A stretch of 64,000 nucleotides of DNA, from the NCBI GenBank assembly GCA_963782055.1, contig CAWAIF010000003.1, positions 2,624,001 through 2,688,000 on the forward strand, read 5' to 3'. This stretch comes from an uncultured delta proteobacterium. GTDB taxonomy: Bacteria > Myxococcota_A > Polyangia > Polyangiales > Polyangiaceae. A model generated the notes under the pieces. The model ran no database searches. It saw only the letters and a program-made list of their open reading frames with translations, and was not told the DNA's origin. The stretch's first letter is position 1; every line of letters begins with the position of its first letter. The translations under genes and the position numbers were made by a program. Positions 28,402-37,741 of this stretch are shown in pieces.

Positions 28402-29262
28402 ATGGTGTCCATCGCGACATGGCGGCAGCGGGGGACGACGGTGGACACGCCCGACGGGCGCGTCTTCGCGATCGAGGCGGGGCAGGGCGACGCCACGCCC
28501 GTGCTCCTGCTCCACGGCTTCCCCACCTCCAGCTGGGACTTCGCGTCGGTCTTCAATCGCCTCGCCACCGGCCGGCGGGTGGTCGCCTTCGACTTCATCG
28601 GCTTTGGTCTCTCGGAGAAGCCGGAGGCCTTCGGCTACTCGCTGTTCGAGCAGGCCGACGTGGCCACCCTCGTCGCGCGCGCGACGAAGCTCCGGCGCGT
28701 GCACCTGGTCGCGCACGACATGGGCACGAGCGTCGCCACCGAGCTGCTCGCCCGCCGCGAGCGCGGCCTGCTCCCCTTCGAGATGGCCAGCCTCACCCTG
28801 ATGAACGGCAGCGTGCACATCGAGATGGCCAGCCTCACCGTCGGCCAGCGGCTGCTCAAGTCGCCGCTGGGTGATCTGTTCGCGCGCCTCAACAGTCGCG
28901 TCACCTTCAAGGTGCAGATCAAGCGCGTCTTCGCCAAGCCCCCGCCCGAGGCCGACCTGGATACCATGTGGGACCTGCTCTCCAGGGAGGACGGCGCCCT
29001 GCGGCTCCCGCAGATCATCGGCTACACGGCCGAGCGCGCACGGTTCGCCCGGCGGTGGGTGGGCGCCCTGGAGCGGCTGGACATGCCCGCGCTCGTCGCC
29101 TGGGGCGAGCAGGACCCGGTGGCGGTGCTGGAGATCGGCCGGGCGCTTGCCAGGGAGATCCCGGGGGCGACGCTGCTGACCTGGCCCGAGCTGGGCCACT
29201 ACCCGCAGGTCGAGGACCCGGGAAAGGTGGCCACGGCCCTGGAGGCCTTCCTCCCGCGCTGA
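28402..29262 (+). CDS. Alpha/beta hydrolase (epoxide hydrolase/MEST-like)
   Basis: LHGFPTSSWD, AHDMG nucleophile elbow, GHYPQVE. Confidence 0.9.
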   Translation: MVSIATWRQRGTTVDTPDGRVFAIEAGQGDATPVLLLHGFPTSSWDFASVFNRLATGRRVVAFDFIGFGLSEKPEAFGYSLFEQADVATLVARATKLRRVHLVAHDMGTSVATELLARRERGLLPFEMASLTLMNGSVHIEMASLTVGQRLLKSPLGDLFARLNSRVTFKVQIKRVFAKPPPEADLDTMWDLLSREDGALRLPQIIGYTAERARFARRWVGALERLDMPALVAWGEQDPVAVLEIGRALAREIPGATLLTWPELGHYPQVEDPGKVATALEAFLPR

Positions 29263-29361
29263 GGTCGTAAAGGTACGTGAAGACGGGCCGGCAGGGCCTC
29301 GAGGCGTTTGCCGACGCTCTCGCCCCGAACTATCCTCCGCCACTGAGGCCGGCACCCACCC

Positions 29362-30726
29362 ATGTCCGTCTACAAAGCACTGGGTGTGTCGCTCCCGGCC
29401 GAGAGCCGCCGGCACCACCTCGACCTGCACCCGTGGGATCGCGTCCACCGTGCGGCCATCCTGGGCGGGCTCGGGTGCGTCGTGTACTTCACCATGCGCT
29501 GGCGCGTCTTCCAGCCGCTGCTCGCCTCCGCCGAGCAGCACCACTGGCTGCGCTTCCTGGTGCACCCGAGCCTCTTGTGGGTGGCGATGGGCACGGTGAT
29601 GCTCGCCTTCCGCACCCTGCTCTGGTTCCGCTACCGCACCCCCGCATCCGCCGACTTCGCCTCGGCGCCCGCGCTGACGGTGATCATCCCCGCGTACAAC
29701 GAGGGGCCGATGGTCGCCGCCTCCATCGACTCGGTGGCCTCCGCCGACTACCCGCGTGACCGGCTGGAGATCTTCGTCGTCGACGACGGCAGCCGCGACG
29801 ACACCTGGGTGCACATCCAGGCCGCCGCCGCGCGCCATCCCGGTGTGGTGACCGCGCTGCGCTTCCCCGACAATCGCGGCAAGCGCGCGGCGCTGGAGGC
29901 GGGGTTCCGCAAGGCGCGCGGCGAGGTGGTGGTCACCATCGACTCCGACAGCGTCATCGAGCCCGGCACCCTGCTGGCGATGGCGGGCCCCTTCCGCGAC
30001 CCGCGCGTCGGCGCCGTCGCGGGGAAGGTGACCGTCCTCAACCGCGACGACGGCTTCATCCCGCGCATGCTCAAGGTCCGCTACGCGCTCTCCTTCGACT
30101 TTCTGCGCGCGGTGCAGTCCACCTACGGCACCGTCTACTGCTGCCCGGGCGCGCTCGCCGGCTACCGCGCCAGCGTGGTTCGCGAGGTCCTGGACGCGTG
30201 GATGGCCCAGCGCTTCCTGGGTGTCGGCTGCACCTACGGCGAGGACCGGTCGATGACCAACTTCATCCTCGCCGAGGGCTTCGACACCCTCTACCAGCGC
30301 GCCGCCGTCGTCCACACGGTGGTCCCGACGACGTACACGCGCCTCTGCAAGATGCTCCTGCGCTGGGACCGGAGCTACGTGCGCGAGGAGCTGCGCTTCG
30401 CGCGCAGCGTCCTCTGGAGGCGCCGCGGCCGCTCGCGCGTCATCGCCACGGCCGACGTCTTCATCTCCAACATGCGCTTCCCGGTGGCCATCGCCAGCCT
30501 CGCCACCCTCGTCGCCATGGTCGCCTGGCACCCCGCCGTGCTGGTGCGGCTGCTCTTCGTCATCGGCGCGATGGCCTGCTTCAACATGCTCTACTACCTG
30601 CGCAGCGAGCGCTCCTGGGACTTCGTCTACGGGATCCTCTTCTCCTATCTCTCGGCCTTCGGCCTGTTCTGGATCTTCCCCTACGCGGTGGTGACCGCCC
30701 GGGCGCGGGGCTGGTTGACGCGGTGA
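29362..30726 (+). CDS. Processive GT2 membrane glycosyltransferase, hyaluronan synthase/NodC-like
   Basis: IPAYNE, DDGS, GKRAAL, DSDS, CCPGALAGYR, GEDRSMTN, LLRWDRSY; N- and C-terminal TM helices. Confidence 0.88.
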   Translation: MSVYKALGVSLPAESRRHHLDLHPWDRVHRAAILGGLGCVVYFTMRWRVFQPLLASAEQHHWLRFLVHPSLLWVAMGTVMLAFRTLLWFRYRTPASADFASAPALTVIIPAYNEGPMVAASIDSVASADYPRDRLEIFVVDDGSRDDTWVHIQAAAARHPGVVTALRFPDNRGKRAALEAGFRKARGEVVVTIDSDSVIEPGTLLAMAGPFRDPRVGAVAGKVTVLNRDDGFIPRMLKVRYALSFDFLRAVQSTYGTVYCCPGALAGYRASVVREVLDAWMAQRFLGVGCTYGEDRSMTNFILAEGFDTLYQRAAVVHTVVPTTYTRLCKMLLRWDRSYVREELRFARSVLWRRRGRSRVIATADVFISNMRFPVAIASLATLVAMVAWHPAVLVRLLFVIGAMACFNMLYYLRSERSWDFVYGILFSYLSAFGLFWIFPYAVVTARARGWLTR

Positions 30727-30756
30727 GCGGGGGCGCCCCCGGCCAAGGCGGGCCAG

Positions 30757-30784
30757 CCGTGACCGAACCGTGACCGAACCGTGA
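30757..30784. repeat. 11-bp direct repeat x2.5 upstream of the desaturase gene
   Basis: CCGTGACCGAA-CCGTGACCGAA-CCGTGA. Confidence 0.75.
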
Positions 30785-30823
30785 TGCCCGGGTGGTGGGC
30801 CGGGAGGCACACTCCTCATCCCC

Positions 30824-31588
30824 GTGATCATCCTCGTCTTCTTCGTCGCCCACTGGCAGCTCTCGGTGTTCTTCCAGAGCTTTTTCCTGCACCGCTACGG
30901 CGCGCACAAGCAGTTCACGATGAGCCCCCGCTGGGAGCGCGCGTTCCACCTGCTCACCTACCTGGTGCAGGGGCCGAGCTTCCTCTCGGCGCGCGCCTAC
31001 GCGATCCTGCACCGGATGCATCACGCCTTCAGCGACACGCCGAAGGACCCCCACTCGCCGGAGAACTACTCCAACGCGATGACGATGATGCTGGCGACGA
31101 AGAAGTCGTACGACGACTTCGCCTACCGCCGCGCCGAGCCGGAGGCCCGCTTCGACGGCGGCGTGCCCGACTGGCCGCTGCTCGACCGCGTGAGCCAGTC
31201 GTGGGTGGCGCGCATCGCGTGGGGCGCCCTGTACACTCTCTTCTACGTGCGCTTCGCCACGCATCCCTGGATGTTCGCGCTGCTGCCCTTCCATTTCCTG
31301 ATGGGCCCGGTGCACGGCGCCATCGTCAACTGGTGCGGACACCGCTACGGCTACCGCAACTTCGAGCTGCGCGACGTCTCGCGCAACACCCTGGTGTTCG
31401 ACTTCCTGACGGCGGGCGAGCTCTTCCAGAACAACCACCACAAGTTTGCGATGAGCCCCAACTTCGCCGCGCGCTGGTTCGAGCTCGACCCGACCTACCA
31501 GGTGATGCGTCTGTTGAACCTGGTCGGCATCATCGACATGAGCGGCGCGCAGACGATCTCGTACCGCGAGGAGCTGCAGAGGTCCTGA
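30824..31588 (+). CDS. Membrane fatty acid (acyl-CoA, delta-9 type) desaturase
   Basis: His boxes HRYGAH, HRMHH, QNNHH; DPHSP. Confidence 0.92.
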   Translation: MIILVFFVAHWQLSVFFQSFFLHRYGAHKQFTMSPRWERAFHLLTYLVQGPSFLSARAYAILHRMHHAFSDTPKDPHSPENYSNAMTMMLATKKSYDDFAYRRAEPEARFDGGVPDWPLLDRVSQSWVARIAWGALYTLFYVRFATHPWMFALLPFHFLMGPVHGAIVNWCGHRYGYRNFELRDVSRNTLVFDFLTAGELFQNNHHKFAMSPNFAARWFELDPTYQVMRLLNLVGIIDMSGAQTISYREELQRS

Positions 31589-31613
31589 GCCTTCGGCGGG
31601 GCGCTCGCCGCGA

Positions 31614-32579
31614 TCATCGACCGCCGCCGTCGGCGCCCGCGTCCCGGCTGCGCTGCAGCGCCGCGCAGGCCTTCTCGGCCCGGGCGGAGGTGGCGTCATC
31701 CGGACGGAGCTCGCGCGCGCGCAGGTACAGGAGCGCGGTCGCGGCGGGCAGGTCGACCACCGCGTCGCGCTCATCGACCAGGTTCGAACCCTGCACCGAG
31801 ACCTCGAGCACCAGCGCCAGCCCGTTCCTCGACCAGTCCGCGTCGGCCGGGTAGAGGTACCGGTCCTTCGAGGTGAACCGGCCGATGGGGAGGATGGCGG
31901 GCGTCGTGCGATCGCGCAGGTAGTACGTGATCGCCGAGCCCGTGGGGGCGAGCGACCAGTCGACGAAGGCGCCAGGTACCGGCCACGGCGAGCTCTTGTT
32001 CAGGGAGAAGCCGAGCTTCTCGGCCTTCGCCCGCACCGCGGGCTTCTCCAGGATGGGTACGCCGTCCGCGTCCTGCGGAGGCGTCCTCGCCACCACGTGT
32101 CCGTTCGCCGTGCGCAGGAAGGTGCACGCGTTGCGACAGCGCAGGAGCGTCGAGCCGTCGTCGGATACCGCCACCGCCACCACGCTCTGCGCCGTGTGCA
32201 TGCCCGCCCAGGCGCCGGTCGTGTCGTCGCAGCCGTCGGCCGGGAAGGGCTTCGCGGGTGGCGGCGTGCCGTCGATCCACGCCGGGCACGTCGCGTAACC
32301 CGATCGGTCCGCCGGGCCGACGGTCGAGGGGCGCGACCACGCGGGCGATGGACGGAAGCGGGGCGCGATGGCGGCGCGGCACGCATCGATCCAGGCTGGC
32401 GTCGGGCTCGCCGTGCCCGCGTCCGCCTCCACGCGCGCCAGGGCCGCCGCGTCGCTCCCGCCAGGCGTCGGCGGCGCGGTCGCGGCCGCCTCCGGTGCGC
32501 TCGCGCGCGCCTGCGGGTGCGTGTGGTCGCACGCCGCCAGCACGGTCGGGATCATGGCGAGGAGGATGGGGCGCGTCAT
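31614..32579 (-). CDS. Hypothetical lipoprotein
   Basis: LAAC lipobox, Pro/Ala linker, globular Cys-containing remainder. Confidence 0.65.
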   Translation of the reverse strand: MTRPILLAMIPTVLAACDHTHPQARASAPEAAATAPPTPGGSDAAALARVEADAGTASPTPAWIDACRAAIAPRFRPSPAWSRPSTVGPADRSGYATCPAWIDGTPPPAKPFPADGCDDTTGAWAGMHTAQSVVAVAVSDDGSTLLRCRNACTFLRTANGHVVARTPPQDADGVPILEKPAVRAKAEKLGFSLNKSSPWPVPGAFVDWSLAPTGSAITYYLRDRTTPAILPIGRFTSKDRYLYPADADWSRNGLALVLEVSVQGSNLVDERDAVVDLPAATALLYLRARELRPDDATSARAEKACAALQRSRDAGADGGGR

Positions 32580-32629
32580 CTCGTCCAGAACGCTCCGGCC
32601 AGGCTACAGGATTCCGCCGCCAAGGGCTG

Positions 32630-33478
32630 CGCTGGCAGGTCGTGTAGTACTGGATCTCCGGGGTGAAGCGCCGGCCGCTCGGGTCGCTCGGGCAGACGTG
32701 CACGTGGTAGCGGCCGGCCGCGAGCACCGTGCCGTCCTTGTCCTTCACGTCGCCGACGTGGCCGCCCTGCGCGTGGAGCGCGCCCGCCGGCGCGCTCCCG
32801 TCCAGCTCGGTGCAGCCGAGCACCGGCGTCCCGTCGCACATGATGCCGAACAGCTCCGGCTGCCCGTCGCCGAGGGTCGACGACGTGTCCAGCCCCGCGG
32901 CGACGAGCACCTCCATCGGCCCAGGCGACGCCGAGTGGTAGTGATAGATGCCGTTGTTGGTGGGGTGCGCGTCGTAGTCGTCGAAGGTGTACTTCTCCAG
33001 CTCGATGTCGTCCCATCGGAAACTCCTCCGGCCGCGTGCCCACCATGCCGTCCACCATCGAGCCGTCGATGGTGAGGTTGCGCGAGACCGGCGCGAGCGG
33101 GATGGTGACGCTGATCTTCTGCTCGGTGAGCGTGTTGGGGTTGGCGTGGTACTGCGCCCCGCGGCTCGTGTCGAAGGATGCGTGGTTCGGATCGCTCGCG
33201 GGGTAGTAGCTGGACTTGTGAGGAGGCAGGTCCTTCGTCGCGATGGTCACCGACGTGCCGTCGGTGGTGACCGTCACGCACCGGAAGTAACGCTTGAAGA
33301 GCTCCGGCGCGTCGGGGGAGACGCTGGTCTCGCAGCTGGTCAGCGTGAGCCCGGCCGCGGCCGCGTCGCCGCCCGCGTCGGAGGCGCCGCCGCCGTCGTC
33401 GCCGGGGGTGGACCCGGTGGTCGATCCCACGCACGCGGACGGGGCGAGGATCACCGGTGCAAGGCCCCGGCGCCCCAC
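32630..33478 (-). pseudogene. YHYH-domain lipoprotein gene broken by a frameshift near 33012
   Basis: N-half (LPPHKSSYY, NPNTLTEQ...IP, EFPMG) and C-half (FDDYDAHP...IYHYH, DGTPVLG, YHVH) lie in different frames; both ends approximate. Confidence 0.75.
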
Positions 33479-33625
33479 GTCGTGTGGAGCAAGTCGGCTG
33501 GAGGTCTGTACGACTGCCGGGTCCTCGGGGCGGACGGCGTGGAGTGGAAGGGGCGGTCTCCTTTCCCGATCGCCGCGCACTGAGTTGCGGCGATCACTCG
33601 CCCGGAGCGCGATGGCCACCGTGCG

Positions 33626-35617
33626 TCAACGCGCGGGCCCGAGCGGCGCCTCCCAGCTCGGGATGGGGACGCCGTGCGTGAGCTTCTCCCGCCACTCCCG
33701 GTCGGTGTAGCGCTGGTAGCCCGCCGTCGTGATCTCGGCGTAGGTGGAGACGAAGCCGTAGTAGGTGTGCGCGTGCGCGCCGCCGTCGTGGGCGATGGTG
33801 ACCGCCATCATCCGGGGCCTGGCCGTCGCGACGTGCAGCACCTTCCCCACCGGGTTGCCCTCCTCGTCGGTGGGCTGCGTGTGCACGTCGGCGATGACCG
33901 GCTCGAACGCGAGGGCGCTGCGCTTGTCGTAGTAGAGGTCGGCGTACCAGCCGCCGGGATCCAGGATGACGGTGCAGACGGCGTTGCGTCCGGTCACCGA
34001 GACCATGTGGTTGAAGAACTCGCCGTCCTCCCTGGTGAGCGGCTCGTTGTTGCGCTCGCGCTCGGCGATGCGGGCGAGGTGAGCGCCCACGTCGGCCACG
34101 TGGCCGAAGTACGCCGCGAGCGACTTCTTCGTCGCGGGGCGGATGGGCAGCGAGCCGGCGAGGGCGGCGCCCCGCTTGCCGAGCGCGGCGTACGCGGTCC
34201 AGAAGGCGGGGTAGGGGTCGACGTAGCCGTCGGGGTAGTCGCATCCGGCCTCGCCGGTGACCGACTGCTTCGCGTAGAGCAGGTTGTCGTGGCGGAGCTC
34301 CGCCCACGAGGCGAGCTGTGTGTTGAGCATCCGCCGCGCCCACACGTCCGAGCGGAACGGCGCAGGGAGGGAGGCGTCGCGCACGGGGTCGGGGCTGAGC
34401 TCGCGGAGGGCGAAGAGCCAGCCGTGGTAGAGGCTCCCCGTGGCGAGCGTCGCGCGCTCGGCGTCCACGCGCGCGTCTCCCGCGGCGAGCGCGGCCGTGT
34501 ACTCGGCGCCGTACCTGTGCTTCTCCGGGGCGAGCAGCGCGTCGGCGGCGGGGTTGCGGAAGACCACCTGCCCCACGTCCAGCGGGCTGGGCATCATGCG
34601 CTTGGTCTTGAGCACGCCGTAGCTCAGATCGCCGAGCGTCTCCGCGTCCGCGACGTAGCGCTGCCCCAGCATGACGTAGGCGACGTCGGTCCGCTCCGGC
34701 GGCGCGAGCTGGGTGTGCACGCGCTGGGTCGCCGCGGAGAGGAACGCGCCGACAACCTGCGTGTCGGTGGCGGTCTTCGCGTCGATCCCGGCGGTGGCCT
34801 TCTCGTAGCCCGCCTCCCCCATGGAGTCCGCCGGGCCGACGAGGACGCCGAGGGTCGTGTCCAGCACGCGCCACGCGTCGTGTGCGGCGGACGACCGCGC
34901 GAAGAGGTCGCGCAGCAGCTCGGTCGCGGCGAGGGCGCGCCGGGAGACCTTCCACGTCCCGTCCTCGCCGCGCGTCGCGATGCGGATCTCCGCGCGCGAG
35001 ACGAAGGACATGGCGCGGAAGTACTGCTGCAGCGCCCGCGAGGTGTAGTGCCCCCGCGGCTTGAGCATGGAGTAGTCGAAGTGCACCTGCTCGCCGGCGA
35101 GCGGGAGCGCCCCCTCGCCCTTGGCGGCGGTCGCGAGGTCCACGACCGCGCCGACGTCCTTGGCCGAGGCGCCGGCGAGGGGCGGAGCCGCCTTGCCGTC
35201 CAGCAGGGAGAGCGCCACCGCGAGGTAGGCGTCGACGTCGGCGCGCGCGGTCGGGTCGGCGGACGCGGCCGGCAGGCCATCCCGCAGGCCGGTGAGCATC
35301 TGCCGGAACTTCCCGATCAGCGCCTCGGTCTCCAGGTTCATCAGGATGGTGTCGTACGAGTGGTGCCACGCGTAGAGCATCGCGTCGGCGGTGACGTAGA
35401 CGCGCTTGTGACTCCGGAAGACGCTGTCGTAGCCGAGGTGGAAGCTCCCGGCTTGCGTGTCGGACAGCACCACCGACTGCCGCGCCAGCACCCCCTGCTC
35501 CGCGCCGGTGACGGAGACCGAGGGCGCCGCCCGTGCGGACACCGCGTCGAGGCGGGAGGCACCGCACGCGCCGAGGAGAAGCGTGGCGGCACCGAGGAGG
35601 GCGAGGCGGCGGCTCAT
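33626..35617 (-). CDS. DUF3160-family lipoprotein
   Basis: LGAC lipobox; YVTADAMLYAWH, KPRGHYT, LNTQLASWAELRHDNLLYAKQS, IADVHT. Confidence 0.88.
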   Translation of the reverse strand: MSRRLALLGAATLLLGACGASRLDAVSARAAPSVSVTGAEQGVLARQSVVLSDTQAGSFHLGYDSVFRSHKRVYVTADAMLYAWHHSYDTILMNLETEALIGKFRQMLTGLRDGLPAASADPTARADVDAYLAVALSLLDGKAAPPLAGASAKDVGAVVDLATAAKGEGALPLAGEQVHFDYSMLKPRGHYTSRALQQYFRAMSFVSRAEIRIATRGEDGTWKVSRRALAATELLRDLFARSSAAHDAWRVLDTTLGVLVGPADSMGEAGYEKATAGIDAKTATDTQVVGAFLSAATQRVHTQLAPPERTDVAYVMLGQRYVADAETLGDLSYGVLKTKRMMPSPLDVGQVVFRNPAADALLAPEKHRYGAEYTAALAAGDARVDAERATLATGSLYHGWLFALRELSPDPVRDASLPAPFRSDVWARRMLNTQLASWAELRHDNLLYAKQSVTGEAGCDYPDGYVDPYPAFWTAYAALGKRGAALAGSLPIRPATKKSLAAYFGHVADVGAHLARIAERERNNEPLTREDGEFFNHMVSVTGRNAVCTVILDPGGWYADLYYDKRSALAFEPVIADVHTQPTDEEGNPVGKVLHVATARPRMMAVTIAHDGGAHAHTYYGFVSTYAEITTAGYQRYTDREWREKLTHGVPIPSWEAPLGPAR

Positions 35618-36313
35618 GGCGCCGCCGAAGCGAAAGTCGTGCCGGCCGGAAGGACAGGGAAAAGCCGCCGCGGGGTGCCACGCCGTGAGCGGCGGTTCAC
35701 ACGCGCGCGCGTCCGGGTTCACGGCGGGCGCGGTTCACTCGCACTCCACCGAACCGCCGAAGGCGAGCCCCGCCGGATTCCGGCGTAGGTGCAGTTGCCG
35801 GCACGCTGGCCCGTGAATCGTGCTGGACCAACATCGGCCGATGATCCCCATGGCTCCGACGACATGGCCGTTCACCTTCACCTCGGCGGCGTCATCGGGG
35901 AGACCCTTCCGACGCGTATACTTGCCAGTTGGCTCCTGACGCCAGAGATGCCCCGCAGTCGTCTGTCCGTGGATGCCGCTCGGTGCCGCCGTCTCGTGAA
36001 CGCGAGGGAGGGAGACGAGAGCGCGGGCATTTCTCCTCCGCGTGGCAGAACCCTGCGTACGGTGGTCCGCAGGATTTTTGCCATGCGTCGGGTCCCGCGT
36101 CCAACGCGAGTCATCAGCCGACCTGCCACGCCAGACGCCGGTCGCCCGTGCGGGCTGGGTGCACCCTGGCGCACCCGGCTCGTCCGGTCGCGCCCTGCCG
36201 CTGAGCTGCCGACCCGAGGGCGGGCCCGGCCTGTTTCCGGGCCACTTCGCGCCAAACTGCCCGCTGGCTCGGCTGGCCCACTCGGCGTAAGCTGCGCCCC
36301 CGCGAGGTGTGGC

Positions 36314-37741
36314 TTGGCGCACGCAAAGAAGACTCTCATATTCATTCCGACGTACAACGAGCGGCACAACGTCGAGCCGATGTGCGAGCAGCTCTTCGCG
36401 CTCGGGCTCGACGCCGATGTCGTCTTCATGGACGATTCGTCGCCGGACGGGACGGGCGAGATCCTCGAAGGCCTCGCGGGTCGCCACGACCGACTGTCAG
36501 TCATCCACCGTCCGGCCAAGAGTGGCATCGGCAGCGCGCACGTCGCGGGCATCGCGTACGCGTATGACCACGGTTACCAGCGGCTGGTCACGCTGGACGC
36601 AGACTTCACCCACTCGCCCGAAGCCATCCCCACCTTCCTGGCGCGCGCGGAGGAGTCGGACGCCGTCGTCGGGTCGCGGTATCTCCTCCCCAACAGCCTG
36701 CCGGACTGGACGCGCTTCCGCAAGTCGCTCACCACGCTGGGCCACGCGATGACGAAGAACGTTCTCGGTATCCCGCACGACGCGACGGGCGCGTTCCGCG
36801 TGTACAACCTGGAGACGATTCCACGTTCACTCTTCGATCTGGTGCGGTCGCAGGGCTACGCGTTCTTCTTCGAGAGCCTGTTCGTCCTCCACAACAACGG
36901 CTTCTCCATCGCGGAGGTGCCGCTCGCCTTGCCCGCGCGCACGTACGGCAGCTCCAAGATGAGTGGCGTCGAAGTGGCGCGGAGCATGAAGACGCTGGCC
37001 TCGCTCTGGCTGACGAAGCTGACGGCGCCGTCGCGGTTCCGGCTCGGCCGCGCTCCCGACATCGACTCCGAGCTCGTCGACGTCCAGAACTGGAACGAGT
37101 ACTGGGACAAGAAGGAACGCGCGACGACCGCGACCTACGACGTCATTGCGACCGTCTACCGCAACACCATCATCAAGCGACGCCTGGAGGAGACGATTGA
37201 GCGGGAGTTCACCCAGGGCTCCCGGCTGCTTCACGCGGGGTGTGGCAGCGGACAGGTCGACGTCGCGCTGCACGACCATGCGAACATCATCGCGGTCGAC
37301 ATCTCGGAGTCGGCTCTCCGCACGTACCTGCGCGAGAACCCGCAAGCGCACGTGCGCCACGCGAGCATCTTCGAGCTGCCGTTCGAGGAGAGCAGCTTCG
37401 ACGGGGCCTACAACCTCGGCGTCGTCGAGCACTTCACGCACGAGGAGCTCGCTCGCGCGTTCGGCGAGATCCGGCGGGTGCTCAAGCCCGGCGGCAAGGT
37501 GGTCGTCTTCTGGCCTCACGCGCAGGCGACGAGCGTCAAGGTGCTCGGCCTCGCGCACTGGATCCTCAACGACGTGCTCGACAAGGACGTCCGGCTGCAC
37601 CCGCCCGAGCCGTCGCTCGTGCACTCCCAGCGGGAGGCGTCGAAGCTGCTCGCCGCGGGTGGCCTGGAGCTCGTGTCGTACGACTTCGGGCCGAAGGACT
37701 TCTTCGTGCAGGCGGTCGTCGTGGCGCGGCGTCCGGACTGA
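36314..37741 (+). CDS. Polyprenol-phosphate glycosyltransferase (GT2, DPM1-like) fused to a class I SAM methyltransferase
   Basis: IPTYNE, DDSSPDGT, LDADFTH, GSRY, TGAFRVY, GSSKM; then LHAGCGSG, GVVEH, RVLKPGG; start TTG 36314 approximate. Confidence 0.88.
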   Translation: MAHAKKTLIFIPTYNERHNVEPMCEQLFALGLDADVVFMDDSSPDGTGEILEGLAGRHDRLSVIHRPAKSGIGSAHVAGIAYAYDHGYQRLVTLDADFTHSPEAIPTFLARAEESDAVVGSRYLLPNSLPDWTRFRKSLTTLGHAMTKNVLGIPHDATGAFRVYNLETIPRSLFDLVRSQGYAFFFESLFVLHNNGFSIAEVPLALPARTYGSSKMSGVEVARSMKTLASLWLTKLTAPSRFRLGRAPDIDSELVDVQNWNEYWDKKERATTATYDVIATVYRNTIIKRRLEETIEREFTQGSRLLHAGCGSGQVDVALHDHANIIAVDISESALRTYLRENPQAHVRHASIFELPFEESSFDGAYNLGVVEHFTHEELARAFGEIRRVLKPGGKVVVFWPHAQATSVKVLGLAHWILNDVLDKDVRLHPPEPSLVHSQREASKLLAAGGLELVSYDFGPKDFFVQAVVVARRPD

